Translations under genes and position numbers: made by a program
Assembly: GCA_964016885.1 (NCBI GenBank)
Contig: OZ024741.1
Coordinates: forward strand, 11,222,001 to 11,286,000
Length of the DNA: 64,000 bases
From: Eledone cirrhosa
Lineage: Eukaryota
Reading direction: 5' to 3'
Shown: piece after piece, positions 27,876-39,745 of the stretch
How positions within the stretch are numbered: the stretch's first letter is position 1
How the letters are laid out: each line of letters starts with the position of its first letter
Notes under the pieces: generated by a model
Seen by the model: the letters and a program-made list of their open reading frames with translations, nothing else
Databases searched by the model: none
What the model was told of the DNA's origin: nothing

Positions 27876-28067
27876 TACATTTCTAGTTTTACAGTTAATA
27901 TGGGGGCTTATTTTACAGGTTATACATTTCTTATCTATGCAGGGGGGTCTTTGAAAAGGGTATGTCTTGCTAATAAGTGTTTTTACGGAGGTACCTGGTC
28001 TTTCTACTATCTTAATATTGAGTTTATGTTTATCTAGGGCCCTTCTAAATTTGTAAGCTAGACAGGT

Positions 28068-28827
28068 TAATTTTAAGGCCTTTTGATTCTAAGCCATGCT
28101 TCCATGTTCGGAATTTCTTCTCTCTTCGGCCATTGATTCAGCTATGAGCATTAGATCATCTGCGTATAGGAGTTCCCATGGGCAGCAGGTTTGCTTTCAG
28201 GAAATCCCACTGTTCCTCTATATTGTACGACTCTAATTGCTCTTCCTTACTGTCGAAAGCATCAAGTAATATGCTTTTAAATTTATTACTGGCTGTGGGG
28301 TCCTTTAGCTTCCATATTTTTCTCCTGAGGATAGTCCTCTTCTGTTGTCGAGTACGTCTCGTCCTGACTATGAGGTCGCTAATTATCAGTCTATCTTGGG
28401 AGGTACATTCTTCATGGGGGAGGGATTTAGTGTTTACAACAGACACTCTGTCACGTCTTCTGGTAAGGATATAATCTACCTGGCTGGTATGTTCCCCTGA
28501 TCTGTAGGTGATCAAGTGATTGTCTCGTTTTTTGAAGTTAGTGTTACAGATAGTTAGGTTATTTGTGTCACAGAATTCCAGGATTCTGGAGCCTTCCTCA
28601 TTTCTAGTACCAAACCCATAGCCTCCATGGATTCCGTCATAGCCATCACAATGTTGTCCAACATGACCATTTAGGTCGCCAGCAATAATTATATAGTCAC
28701 TGTCGGTTATTTGGGAGGTAGTGAGCATCAGTGTCTCATAGAATCTGTCTTTTATAGCGCCAGGTAGTCCGGATTGGGGTGCGTACGCAGATATTACTAT
28801 CACAGTAGTTCTATTTAGAACAAATCT
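28068..28827 (-). mobile_element. Older RTE-A fragment: APE part fused to the YADD region by a large deletion
   Basis: ORF 28156-28803 (APE). The junction AACCT-GCTG-CCCATGG at ~28185 uses GCTG microhomology. Confidence 0.88.
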
Positions 28828-31800
28828 TCATCATCATCATCATCATCAGGTTTAGCGTCCGTGTTCCACGCTTGCATGGGTTTGGACGGGGGTTTTCCCA
28901 CTTGAGGCAAGAGTGGTTGTCTTGCTCGCATAGGACTGTCTGGCGGGTTTTCTACAGCTGGATGCCCTTCCTAACACCAACCACATTTACAGTGTGGGGC
29001 TGGGAGGTTTTTACCGTGTTGCCTACACGGCCACATTACAGCGTGGACTGTCTGGCGGGTTTTCTACAGCTGGATGCCCTTCCTAACACCAACCACATTT
29101 ACAGTGTGGGGCTGGGAGGTTTTTACCGTGTTGCCTACACGGCCACATTTACAGCGTGGACTGTGTGTTTTTTTTGTCGTGACACCTACACGATCTCATT
29201 TGTTTCGGCCTGGATGTTGTGGGACCAACATAACTTTACATTGAAAGGGGCGGTGTGGATGGGGTGGAGGTGGTGGGACGGGGGTGTGTTTTGATAGAGA
29301 TGCCTACTGACTGTAGTAGGTTTTTACTTTGTATTTAGGTAAGGCGGGTCTTCTCTATTACTGAGTACCTCCAAAGGTCTCAGTCCAGTGACATTGTCTT
29401 GGAGAGGTGTAAGCGCGTGAGGTCGGAATTTATCAAGTCGTCCCAGGTTTTTCTGGGTCTGCCTACTCCGTGGCTACCGTCTATCTTTATTGCCCTGCAC
29501 TTTGTTATACAGCTGTCGTCTTTCATGCGCATCACGTGACCGTACCAACGTAGCCTTCTCTCGAGTAAACAACATCTGATCCCTCTTATTTCTAATTTTT
29601 TCCTTAGTTCGTTTATGCTTTGCCGTTCACGTATATTACTATTGCACATCCAGCGGAGCATGCAAGCTTCGTTCCTCTCTAGTCTGCGTATATCCTCTGC
29701 ACACAATGCCCAGGTCTCACTGCCATGCAGCATTGCTGTTCGTATGCAGGCATCGTATAACCTGCCTTTCATTTTTAGGGAGAACCCTCTAGCGGCTAAT
29801 AGTGGTATAAGCTCTCTGAACTTTTTCCATCCAGTTCTGACTCTAGCTACTGTACTTTCAGAGCACCCTCCCCCACTGCTGATTTTGTCACCCAGATAAC
29901 GGAAGCTGTCCACTATTTCTATAGAACCCTCTGCGCAGTTGAAGGAGCTAGTATTTTGTGGGCACTTGCTGCTACTTATTGCACCAGAGCACCGGCCACA
30001 TGTAAAATCTATGTTCTTAGTTAGCTTACCTGTGATCCCACTACATCTTTTATGCACCCATACTTTGCATTTGGGACATAAAATGGAGTTTCTACCTACG
30101 CCTTTCCTACACACTGAGCATGGCCATTTCCCGGAAGGGACCGCCGCCTTATTTTCTTTCCTACAAACTAGAACTTTAGTCTTAGCCAGGTTAATTTTAA
30201 GGCCTTTTGATTCTAGGCCGTGCTTCCATGTTTGGAATTTCTTCTCTAGCTCGGCCATTGATTCCGCTATGAGTGTCAGGTCGTCTGCGTATAGGAGTTC
30301 CCATGGGCAGCCGGTCTTGAACTCCTCTGTTATAGCCTGAAGGGCAATAATAAATAGTAGGGTGCTAAGAACAGAGCCCTGATGGACACCAACTTTTACG
30401 CTAAACTCTTCACTATATTCGTTGTTAATTCTAACCTTACTGACTGTTTCTTTATACATGGCTTGTATGGCTCTCACAAGCCATTCGTCAACACCTAGTT
30501 TTCTAAGAGCCCACCAGATAATGGAACGGGGGACTCTGTCGAAGGCTTTCTCCAAGTCGACAAAAGCTAAGTAGAGGGGTTTACTTTTAGCTAGGTACTT
30601 CTCCTGTAGTTGTCGTACAATGAAAAGAGCGTCTGTGGTACTTTTACCTGACACAAACCCGAACTGTATTTCATCTAGATCAATTCTCTCTCTGATTAGT
30701 TGCGCTATTACTTTTTCCGTGACCTTCATGACCTGGTCGATTAATTTAATGCCTCTATAGTTACTCCTATCTAGGGCATCTCCTTTTCCCTTATAGCAGT
30801 TAACGATGATGCTGCTACACCAGTCCTTCGGAACAACCCCATTCTGTATGACTTGGTTAACTATCCGGGTGACCATGGTGTGTCCCACCGAACCAGATGC
30901 CTTCAGCATCTCAGCAACTATTTCCGAAGGCCCAGCCGCCTTACCCGTCTTCATATCTTTGATTGCCTTACTTATTGTACTACCCTCGACTAACACTGCT
31001 GGTCCCTCTATTGGGTCGATGTGGGGGAGACTGTCTTTCTCCCATTTATTCTCCTCATTTAGAAGCCTTTCGTAGTGACACTTCCAAGCTACCTTCTTAT
31101 CAGCGTCGGTGATGGCAAGTATGCCATCATCGTTAAGTACACACTTCTCCCCGACAATATCACGGTTTTCCTTGACACATTGCCTAGCAATCCTGAACAC
31201 CTCACGTTTTTGGTCCTCCCGTTGTAGAACATGCTTGAACTTTCTTTCCTCTGCTTCCCTTCTTGCGAAGTACACTTGTCTCCTAGCTTCCCTCCTGGCC
31301 ACTTGATAGTCTTCTCTACTTCCCCCATCCCGCCATACTTTCCAAGCCTGCTTTTTTGCCTTAATTGACTCCTCCACCTTACTGTTCCACCACCATGTTA
31401 CTCTCCTCCTACCTATAGGCCTGCTCCAGCCACAGACTTCGTCTGCCGCCGTCAGCAGGTTTGCTCTCAGGAATTCCCACTGTTCCTCTATATTATACGA
31501 CTCTAATTGCTCTTCCTTACTGTCGAAAGCATCAAGTAATATGCTTTTAAATTTATTTCTGGCTATGGGGTCCTTTAGCTTCCATATTTTTCTCCTGAGG
31601 ATAGTCCTCTTCCGCTGTCTAGTACGTCTCGTCCTGACTATGAGGTCGCTAATTATCAGTCTATGTTGGGAGGTGAATTCTTCATGGGGGAGGGATTTAG
31701 TGTTAACAACAGACACTCTGTCACGTCTTCTGGTAAGGATATAATCTACCTGGCTTGTGTGTTCCCCCGATCTATAGGTGATCAAGTGATTGTCTCGTTT

Positions 31801-33415
31801 TTTGAAGTTAGTGTTACAGATAGTTAAGTTATTTGCGTCACAGAATTCCAGGATTCTGGAGCCTTCCTCATTTCTAGTACCGAACCCATAGCCTCCATGG
31901 ATTCCGTCATAGCCGTCACAATGTTGTCCAACGTGACCATTTAGGTCGCCTGCAATAATTATATAGTCACTGTCGGTTATTTGGGAGGTAGCGAGCATCA
32001 GTGTCTCATAGAATCTGTCTTTTATAGCGCCGGGCAGTCCGGATTGGGGTGCGTACGCAGATATTACTGTCACCGTAATTTTATTGAGGGCAAGTCTTAT
32101 TTTAATTATTCTGTCATTCACTCTATTTACGTCTATTATCTTATCTGCCCACTTTTCTGCTACCATGATTCCTACCCCACCCAGCCCATTGTCATTTCCC
32201 ACCCAGAAAAGTTTATAGCATCGTTCTTTACCCACAATGAATCTAGCAGACCCTCCCCTCCACCTGGTCTCTTGAATACAACAAACATCGACCTCCTTAC
32301 GTTCAAGCATTTCTACAACCTCGTTAGAGCGACCCTTTAAGGTGCCTACATTCATGGTACCAACTCTGAAGTTTTGGATTGTGTTTGGAGGGTGGGAGCG
32401 GTGGGGCGCGGGGGGGGGGGGGGTTATGTTAGCCATCCTCGGCCGAAACAAGGAGGAGTGCTTGCATTCTCGTCCACGAGGTGAATTTGTCTTTATCTTT
32501 GGCATTGTCGCTGAGCGTCCACATTTTTCTCTCTTCAACTCTCCAGAATTCCGTAGTCCATCCATCATATAGAAAAGCAACCAGTTAAGCGATAGTATGG
32601 GCCTCTGACTTATGATTGGTCCACGTATTTTAATTATTCTGTCATTCACTCTATTTACGTCTATTATCTTATCCACCCATTTTTCTGCTAACATGATTCC
32701 TACCCCACCCAGCCCATTGTCATTTCCCACCCAGAAAAGCTTATAACATCGTTTTTTACCCACAATGAATCTAGCAGACCCACCCCTCCACCTGGTCTCT
32801 TGGATACAGCAAACATCAACCTCCTTACATTCAAGCATTTCTACAATCTCGTTAGAGCGGCCTTTTAAGGTGCCTACATTCATGGTACCAACTCTGAAGT
32901 TTTGGATTGCGTTTGGTGGGTGGGGCGCAGGGAGGGGTGAGGAGGATGGGGTTGGGTTTATGTTGGCCATCCGCGGCTGAAACAAAGAGGAGGAGTCCTT
33001 GCCCTTTTGTCCGGCAGCATGAGGTGAATTTGTCGTTATCTTTGGCATTGTCTCCGAGTGTCCAGATTCTTCAGACTCTCCAGAAATTCCTTAGTCCATC
33101 CATCATATCGAAAAGCAACCAGGAGAAGTGATAGCATAGGCCGCTGACTTATGATTGATCCAAATAATAATGGTGGAGAGTGGGGGAAGACGGGAGGGGT
33201 ATGGGGTAGTTAGCAAGGTGAAGGTTTTAAATAAAGCAATAAACAGTAACAAGCGATATACTGGAATTTTAAAATACACAAGATTATTTAGAACAGCCAG
33301 ACAGAATTATAGAATAGCATTGAGAAAGTAGGATATGGATTCTGGGCGATTATACAGATATATGGATGAATGAACCGAAGGGTGGGGAGACAAGAAGAAA
33401 TGGTATTTTGCTATT
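28828..33415 (-). mobile_element. RTE family A (subfamily A2), near full length, with duplicated 5' region and duplicated 3' UTR block
   Basis: 1222-aa ORF, (GAT)n tail at 28828 and leader upstream of the ATG; the 5' boundary is approximate. Confidence 0.93.
29380..33048 (-). CDS. RTE APE-RT(PHD) polyprotein. The native start is probably 32505 (MPKIKTNS); a premature stop (CGA>TGA) removes the last ~14 aa
   Basis: Complete APE, RT (YADD), PHD finger and thumb; the N-terminal 181 aa come from a duplicated 5' segment. Confidence 0.9.
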   Translation of the reverse strand: MPKITTNSPHAAGQKGKDSSSLFQPRMANINPTPSSSPLPAPHPPNAIQNFRVGTMNVGTLKGRSNEIVEMLECKEVDVCCIQETRWRGGSARFIVGKKRCYKLFWVGNDNGLGGVGIMLAEKWVDKIIDVNRVNDRIIKIRGPIISQRPILSLNWLLFYMMDGLRNSGELKREKCGRSATMPKIKTNSPRGRECKHSSLFRPRMANITPPPPAPHRSHPPNTIQNFRVGTMNVGTLKGRSNEVVEMLERKEVDVCCIQETRWRGGSARFIVGKERCYKLFWVGNDNGLGGVGIMVAEKWADKIIDVNRVNDRIIKIRLALNKITVTVISAYAPQSGLPGAIKDRFYETLMLATSQITDSDYIIIAGDLNGHVGQHCDGYDGIHGGYGFGTRNEEGSRILEFCDANNLTICNTNFKKRDNHLITYRSGEHTSQVDYILTRRRDRVSVVNTKSLPHEEFTSQHRLIISDLIVRTRRTRQRKRTILRRKIWKLKDPIARNKFKSILLDAFDSKEEQLESYNIEEQWEFLRANLLTAADEVCGWSRPIGRRRVTWWWNSKVEESIKAKKQAWKVWRDGGSREDYQVARREARRQVYFARREAEERKFKHVLQREDQKREVFRIARQCVKENRDIVGEKCVLNDDGILAITDADKKVAWKCHYERLLNEENKWEKDSLPHIDPIEGPAVLVEGSTISKAIKDMKTGKAAGPSEIVAEMLKASGSVGHTMVTRIVNQVIQNGVVPKDWCSSIIVNCYKGKGDALDRSNYRGIKLIDQVMKVTEKVIAQLIRERIDLDEIQFGFVSGKSTTDALFIVRQLQEKYLAKSKPLYLAFVDLEKAFDRVPRSIIWWALRKLGVDEWLVRAIQAMYKETVSKVRINNEYSEEFSVKVGVHQGSVLSTLLFIIALQAITEEFKTGCPWELLYADDLTLIAESMAELEKKFQTWKHGLESKGLKINLAKTKVLVCRKENKAAVPSGKWPCSVCRKGVGRNSILCPKCKVWVHKRCSGITGKLTKNIDFTCGRCSGAISSSKCPQNTSSFNCAEGSIEIVDSFRYLGDKISSGGGCSESTVARVRTGWKKFRELIPLLAARGFSLKMKGRLYDACIRTAMLHGSETWALCAEDIRRLERNEACMLRWMCNSNIRERQSINELRKKLEIRGIRCCLLERRLRWYGHVMRMKDDSCITKCRAIKIDGSHGVGRPRKTWDDLINSDLTRLHLSKTMSLD

Positions 33416-33431
33416 TATATATATATTATAT

Positions 33432-33782
33432 GGAGGCACATGGCTTAGTGGTTAGAGCATTGGCCTTGAAATCGAAAGGTTGTGAGTTCAATTCTCAGAT
33501 CGGGTGATGTGTCGTTTCCTTGAGCAAGACACTTTATTTCACATTGCTCCAGTTTACTCAGGTGTAGAAATGAGATGATAGGGACTGGGGTCCTTATCAT
33601 TCCACTGCAAAGTGGTCGCGGAGGTGCCACGGCAAAAATGCACCCAGCACTCACTGTAAATGAGGTTGGTGTTAGGAAGTGCATCCAGCTGTAGAAATCA
33701 AGCCAGAATCAGTTTCCCTCCAACCTTTGCAAGCAGGGAAAAGCGGACGTAAAATGAAATGATGATGATGAATGATGATGAT
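33432..33782 (+). mobile_element. Full-length tRNA-derived SINE with an RTE-B-type tail
   Basis: A box TGGCTTAGTGG, B box GAGTTCAATTC, central CCTTGAGCAAGACACTT domain, tail shared with the RTE-B 3' UTR, then (GAT)n. Confidence 0.92.
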
Positions 33783-33790
33783 TATATATA

Positions 33791-34152
33791 TATTAATTCA
33801 AAATATTAACAAAAATAGACATTCGTGTGATCAAGTATATTTTATTATACATATTTCAGAGGTACTGAGTTATCTTCAAAAGTACGTCCTCATCAGATAA
33901 AATAACATACCCTGACTAAGTAGATGGTTAAAATTTAGTCATGGTAGTATTTTACCTGATGAGGAGGTACTGCTGAAGATAACTCAGTACCTCTTAAATA
34001 TGCATAATAATATATACTTGATCACACGAATTTCTATTTTTGTTAATATTTTGAATTAATATTAATAACTCCGGAAAACCATCCTGTGGAGTGCTTCTAA
34101 TCTATTGTAAAACTTTATTCTTTGATTTATTCATTGAACCTTGTTTAACCTT
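33791..34152. mobile_element. PLE-type inverted pLTR pair with a hammerhead motif in each arm
   Basis: 33791-~33918 and ~33937-34062 are inverted copies; each contains CTGATGA-stem-(G/T)AAA. Confidence 0.75.
33839..33904 (-). ncRNA. Type I hammerhead ribozyme motif
   Basis: Minus strand reads UUUUAU-CUGAUGA-[GGACGUACU..AGUACCUCU]-GAAA-U(AUGU)A-UA-AUAAAA. Confidence 0.65.
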
Positions 34153-34235
34153 TATATACATATATATTATATATACATATATATTATATATACATATATA
34201 TTATATATACATATATATTATATATACATATATAT

Positions 34236-34850
34236 TGTAATAGTAATATATGTGAACGGCAAAGCATAAACGAACTAAGGGAAAAATTAGAAATAAGAGG
34301 GATTAGATATTGTTTACTCGAGAGAAGGCTACGTTGGTATGGTCACGTGATGCGCATGAAAGACAACAGCTGTATAAAAAAGTGCAGGGCAATAAAAATA
34401 GACGGTAGCCACGGAGTAGGCAGACCCAGAAAAACCTGGGACGACTTGATAAATTCCGGCCTCACACACACCTCTCCAAGACAATGTCACTGGACCGAGA
34501 TCTTTGGCGCTACACAGTAATACAGAAGACCCGCCTTACCTAAGTACAAAGTGAAACCTACTACAGTCAGTAGGCACCTATAATAAAAATACACCCCCAT
34601 CCCACCACCCCACCCCTTTCAATGTAAAGTTATGTTGGTACCACAACATCCAGTCCGAAACAAATGAGGTCGTGTAGGTGTCATGACAAAAAAACACACA
34701 GTCCACGCTGTAATGTGGCCGTGTAGGTAACACGGTAAAAACCTCCCAGTCCACACTGTAAACGTGGTAGGTGTTAGGAAGGGCATCCAGCCGTAGAAAA
34801 ACCCATGCAAGCGTGGAACATGGACGTTAAACGATGATGATGATGATAAT
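34236..34850 (+). mobile_element. RTE-A 3' fragment, older, with a 3' UTR deletion
   Basis: Matches 18772-19481 with substitutions. Confidence 0.9.
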
Positions 34851-34969
34851 ATATATACGATAATATTGCTTTTTGCTGAACTCCTTATTGTAGAGTTTTT
34901 TCGGAATGTTTTTGACTGTTGTTTCATGTAAACAAACATTCGTCTCATTCTGACGTCACCAGCCCTGTT

Positions 34970-35920
34970 TTTCCACATGTGCGTTTTATTTTCATAATCA
35001 CGCATGATGTTAAACTAGCCTGCTTTTAAATTCCCTTTTTGGCATATTAATCAGTGAGAATCTGACTATCGTGTTGAGCTCTGCTGATGATCGTATTCCA
35101 GCCGTGACCATCTCCACTGAAAGTTTACGTGAAATAGTCTTTTTCAAGACTATACAGAGCATTTGTAGTTGTCCCAAATTGAAGGATGAGTATTTTAAAC
35201 TTTATTTTATCATGAGTTAAGGCTCTATTGATTTTTCCCTGGATTTCACTAAATTCTGTTGGATAAATCTATATCCTGATTCTTTTTGAATTGAGTTTGA
35301 ATTATTTTTCCCACATCTTACGTTAACTATTTTCCTATTTTGACGCTATAGTCACTTATATATTATGAAATACTGTTGGCTTCTTGCTACAATACTTTCT
35401 ATACCTTTCATTTATATATATTATATATATACATATATATATAATATATATGTATATATATATATGTTCTCCATGTGTGTTTATTTTCATAATTCCGCAC
35501 AAAGTGTAACTAGCCTGCTTTTAAATTCCCTTTCTGGCATATTTTAGCAGTGGATTTTTTTATCGTGTTTTGAGCTCTACTGATAAACGATTCCAACCGT
35601 GACTAACCCCACTGAAAAGTTTCATGAAATAGTCTTTTTAAGACGAAATAGAGCATTTGTAGTTTTTCAAAATTGAAGGATGAGTATTTAACCTTAATAT
35701 TATTCTGAGTTAAGACTCTATTGGTTTTTTCCCTGGATTTCACAAAATCTGTGGATAAAATTTCTGTCTTGACTTTTTTTTTAATTGAGTTTGAATTATT
35801 TTCCCATATCTTACGTTAAATATTTTCCATTTTGACGCTATAGTCACTTATATATTATGGAATACTGTTGGCTTCTTGCTACAATAATTTCTATACTTTT
35901 CATTTATATATATATATATA
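34970..35920. repeat. Diverged direct duplication, unit ~495 bp
   Basis: AACTAGCCTGCTTTTAAATTCCCT at ~35013 and ~35507, colinear through GGCTTCTTGCTACAATA. Confidence 0.88.
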
Positions 35921-36169
35921 TAGGGGGGAGGGAGTGAGAGAAATAATTGGATGACTAGATAGGTGGACAGGAAAGAGGATCACATGGTGTATTGCATAAA
36001 TATTCATTTAATAACATCTATGTGTGTGTGCGTGTGCCTGTATGTGTGTGTATGTATATGTGTATGTGCATGTGTATGTATGTGTGTATATGTGTATGTA
36101 TGTGTGCACGTGTATTCTCAGATGAATATTTATGTAACATACTGTCTCTGTTAAACAGTGATGATTTTA

Positions 36170-36214
<45 letters not shown>

Positions 36215-36420
36215 AAAAATTGAACGGGAACAAAACAGAGATGCAGTACGAACAAAGGTTTATTAGTTTCATGCTCTTGAGAGTGGGGTGGTGGTATATA
36301 TATATATATATATCACTCTGTATACATATATGTGGGCATATAGATATATAGATATTATATATGTTATATATATATACATAACTGTGTGGATATAGATATA
36401 GATATATATATTACTTATAT

Positions 36421-36811
36421 CATTCATCATTCATCATCATTTTACATCCGCTTTTCCCTGCTTGCAAGGGTGGGACCAATATCATTTCATTTTACGTCCG
36501 CTTTTTCCCTGCTTGCAAGGGTAGGACGGGAACTGATGCTGGCTTGATTTCTACAGCTGGATGCCCTTCCTAACACCAACCTCATTTACAGTGAGTGCTG
36601 GGTGCTTTTTTGCCGTGGCACCTCCACGACCAATTTGCAGTGGAATGATAGGGACCCCAGTCCTATCATCTCATTACTACAGCTGAGTAAACTGGAGCAA
36701 TGTGAAATAAAGTGTCTTGCTAAAGGAAACAACACATCACCCGGTCTGAGAATTGAACTCACAACCTTTCGGTTGCAAGGCCAATGCTCTAACCACTAAG
36801 CCATGTGCCTC
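36421..36811 (-). mobile_element. tRNA-derived SINE (36481-36811) plus an extra tail stub (36421-36478)
   Basis: Reverse complement of 33432-33782. Confidence 0.92.
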
Positions 36812-37049
36812 TATATATAATAAATGTAATCTGAGCTTTTTGAATATTAATAATAACATCGATTCGTTTGCAATTATGCAAACAAGCCTCATTTTTAAAG
36901 CCATGTCAGTAGAATGAACCCTTCATTCTTGCTCTTGTGTTGGCAAACAAATCGAATGTTATTATTGATATTTGAAAAACTCTGATTACATTTATTGTAT
37001 TCAGCCATGTAGAGCAAAAAAGTTTTCTTTTTTATTATATATATATATA

Positions 37050-39571
37050 TCTGGAAGCCGAAAGACCCCTCAGCCAGTAACAGATTTAAAGATATTTTAC
37101 TCAACGCCTATGACAGTAAAGAAGAACAGATAGAGACATTCAATGTAGAAGAGCACTGGGAGTTCCTAGAAAGTAACTTACTAGAGGCGACGGAGGAGAG
37201 TGACTTGGTGGTGGAACAATAAGGTAGATGAGGCAGTTAAGGCTAAGATTCAGGCAAGGAAAGAATGGAAGAACGGGGGAAGCAGGGTCATTAGATAGAG
37301 ACCAGGAGGGAAGCTAGGCAACAAGTATACTTAGCTAGAAGGGAAGCAGAGGATAGAAAATTCAAGCATGTATTGCAACGTGAGGACCAGAAACAGGAGG
37401 TGTTCAAGATTGCGAGGCAGTGTGTCAGAGAGAATTGTGATGTCACTGGAGAGAAGTGTATCCGGAATGATAAGGGTGAGCTTGCCTTCACAAGTGCTGA
37501 GAAGAAAGATGCGTGGAAGAGCCATTATGATAGATTACTAAATGAGGAGAATGCATGGGAAGAAGAGACCCTACCCCAAGTAGACTCTATAGAGGGGCCA
37601 GCAGTACAAGTCAGCAGCAGCCTAGTAAGTAAGGCAATCAAAGATATGAAGATGGGGAAGGCAACCAGTCCATCGGGTATAGCTGCCGAGATGCTGAAGG
37701 CATCTGGGTCGGTAGGTCACACTATAACCACACGTATTGTTAACCAGGTAATAGTAGGTGTCATACCAAAGGATTGGTGCAGTAGCATCATTGTCAACTG
37801 CTACAAAGGTAAAGGTGATGCACTAAATAGAGGAAACTATAGAGGTATAAAGCTGATGGACCAGGTCATGAAAGTAACAGAAAGAGTTATAGCACAGTTG
37901 ATTAGGGACTGGATGAAACTAGATGAGATGCAATTTGGGTTTGTGCCAGGAAGAGGAACCACTGATGCCCTCTTCCTTGTGAGGCAGTTACAGGAAAAGT
38001 ACCTAGCTAAAAGTAAGCCACTCTACCTGGCATTTGTCGATCTCAAGAAAGCCTTTGATAGAGTTCCCCGTGCTATAATCTGGTAGGTTCTTAGAAAACT
38101 AGGAGTAGATGAATGGCTTGTGAAAGCTGTACAAGCCATGTAGAGAGGAGCAGTCAGGATTAGCAATGAGTATAGCAAGGAATTTAGCGTACAGTCGGTG
38201 TCCACCAGGGCTCTCTTCTTAGCCTTCTGCTGTTCATCATAGTCCTGCAGGCAATAACGGAGGAGTTTAAGACCGGATGCCCATGAGAACTTCTGTATGC
38301 AGATGACCTCGCACTTATAGCTGAATCTATGGTAGAACTAGAGAAGAAATTCCAAACTTGGAAGCAGGGACTGGAAAGAAAGGGTCTCTAAGTCAACCTA
38401 ACAAAGACTAACGTTCTTGTAAGTAGATGACAAAACATAACCCAGATCCCCTCAGGGAAATGGCCTTGCTCAGTATGTAGGAAAGGTGTAGGTAGGAACT
38501 CCATTCTCTGCCCCAAATGCAAACAATGGGTACACAAGAGATGTAGCGGGATCTCAGGAAGCTTAACTAAGAATGTAGGCTTCACATGTAGCAGCTGAGC
38601 TGGGACAGCAAGCAGCAAACAGCAGCAGGAAACAAGTACCACCAATCTCTGGGAGGGCTCTGTAGAAACAGTAGACAGCTTCTGCTACCTAGGTGACCGA
38701 ATTAGCAGCAGAGGTGGGTGTTCAGAAAGTACAATAACTAGGGTAAGAACGGGATGGAAGAAGTTCAGGGAGCTACTGCCACTGCTAGTTGCAAAAGGCT
38801 TTTCCCTCAAAATGAAAGGCAGACTGTATGAAGTGTGTATACGAACAGCAATGTTACATGGTAGAGTAGTGAGACCTGGGCGCCGACTGTGGAAGACTTG
38901 CGTAGATTAGAAAGAAGCCTGCATGCTCCGATGGATGTGTAATAGTAATATACGTGAACGGCAAAGCATAAATGAATTGAGAGAGAGACTGAGCATAAGA
39001 GGAATCAAATGCTGTGTGCAGGAGAGGCGGTTGCGTTGGTATGGACATGTGATGATATGAAGGATGACAGCTGCATAAAAAGGTGCAGAGCACTAGAAGT
39101 CGATGGAAACCGCGGAGTGGGGAGACCGAAGAAGACCTGGGATGAGGTGATAAAAGCCGACCTTACCGAATTACACCTCCCAAAGGCGATGACACACGAC
39201 CGTGACCTCTGGCGTCACAAAGTAATACAGAAGACCCGGCCCCCCACGGGTACAAGCCGAAGCTGAAGCATATAGACAATATGCCCCCACATCCTCCCAC
39301 TGCAAAGTGGTCGTGGAGGTGCCACAGCAAAAAAGCACCCAGCGCACACTGTAAAGTGGACGTGTAGGCACCTCAGAAAAAAAGCACCCAGCACTCACTG
39401 TAAATGAGGTTGGTGTTAGGAAGGGCATCCAGCTGTAGAAATCAAACCAGAATCAGTTCCCGTATGAGCAAGGCATGGTCAGCCGACCGGACACTGCCCA
39501 CAACATGACAACACGTCTAACCCATGCTAGCGTGGAAGAATGTAAAACGGTGATGAAGATGATGATGATGA
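37050..39571 (+). pseudogene. Degenerate RTE family B copy, 5'-truncated, with several stops and frameshifts
   Basis: RT fragments (QFGFVPGRGTTDA, FVDLKKAFD, YADD), PHD remnants, B-type 3' UTR and tail. Confidence 0.92.
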
Positions 39572-39745
39572 ATATATATATATATATGAATATTTATACA
39601 ACATATTGCTTGTTTTATTTTTCGCTGTCCCCCCCCCCCCCACACTCTTACCCTTTTTCGCCATCTTGTTTACACATACATACATGCATACACACACAAA
39701 TATATACATACATATATACACAAACATATACATACATACACACAC

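Larger units (their letters stand above)
27161..28060 (-). mobile_element. Penelope-like element 3' remnant (GIY-YIG endonuclease + pLTR)
   Basis: ORF 27558-27875 reads YSIRC..C....VYIGETARSVGERINEH....EAINIKELQPKLN; a hammerhead motif lies downstream. Confidence 0.85.

Noticed and set aside
33432-33505. tRNA gene
   Set aside because: It has A and B boxes but no proper acceptor stem and continues into a SINE body.
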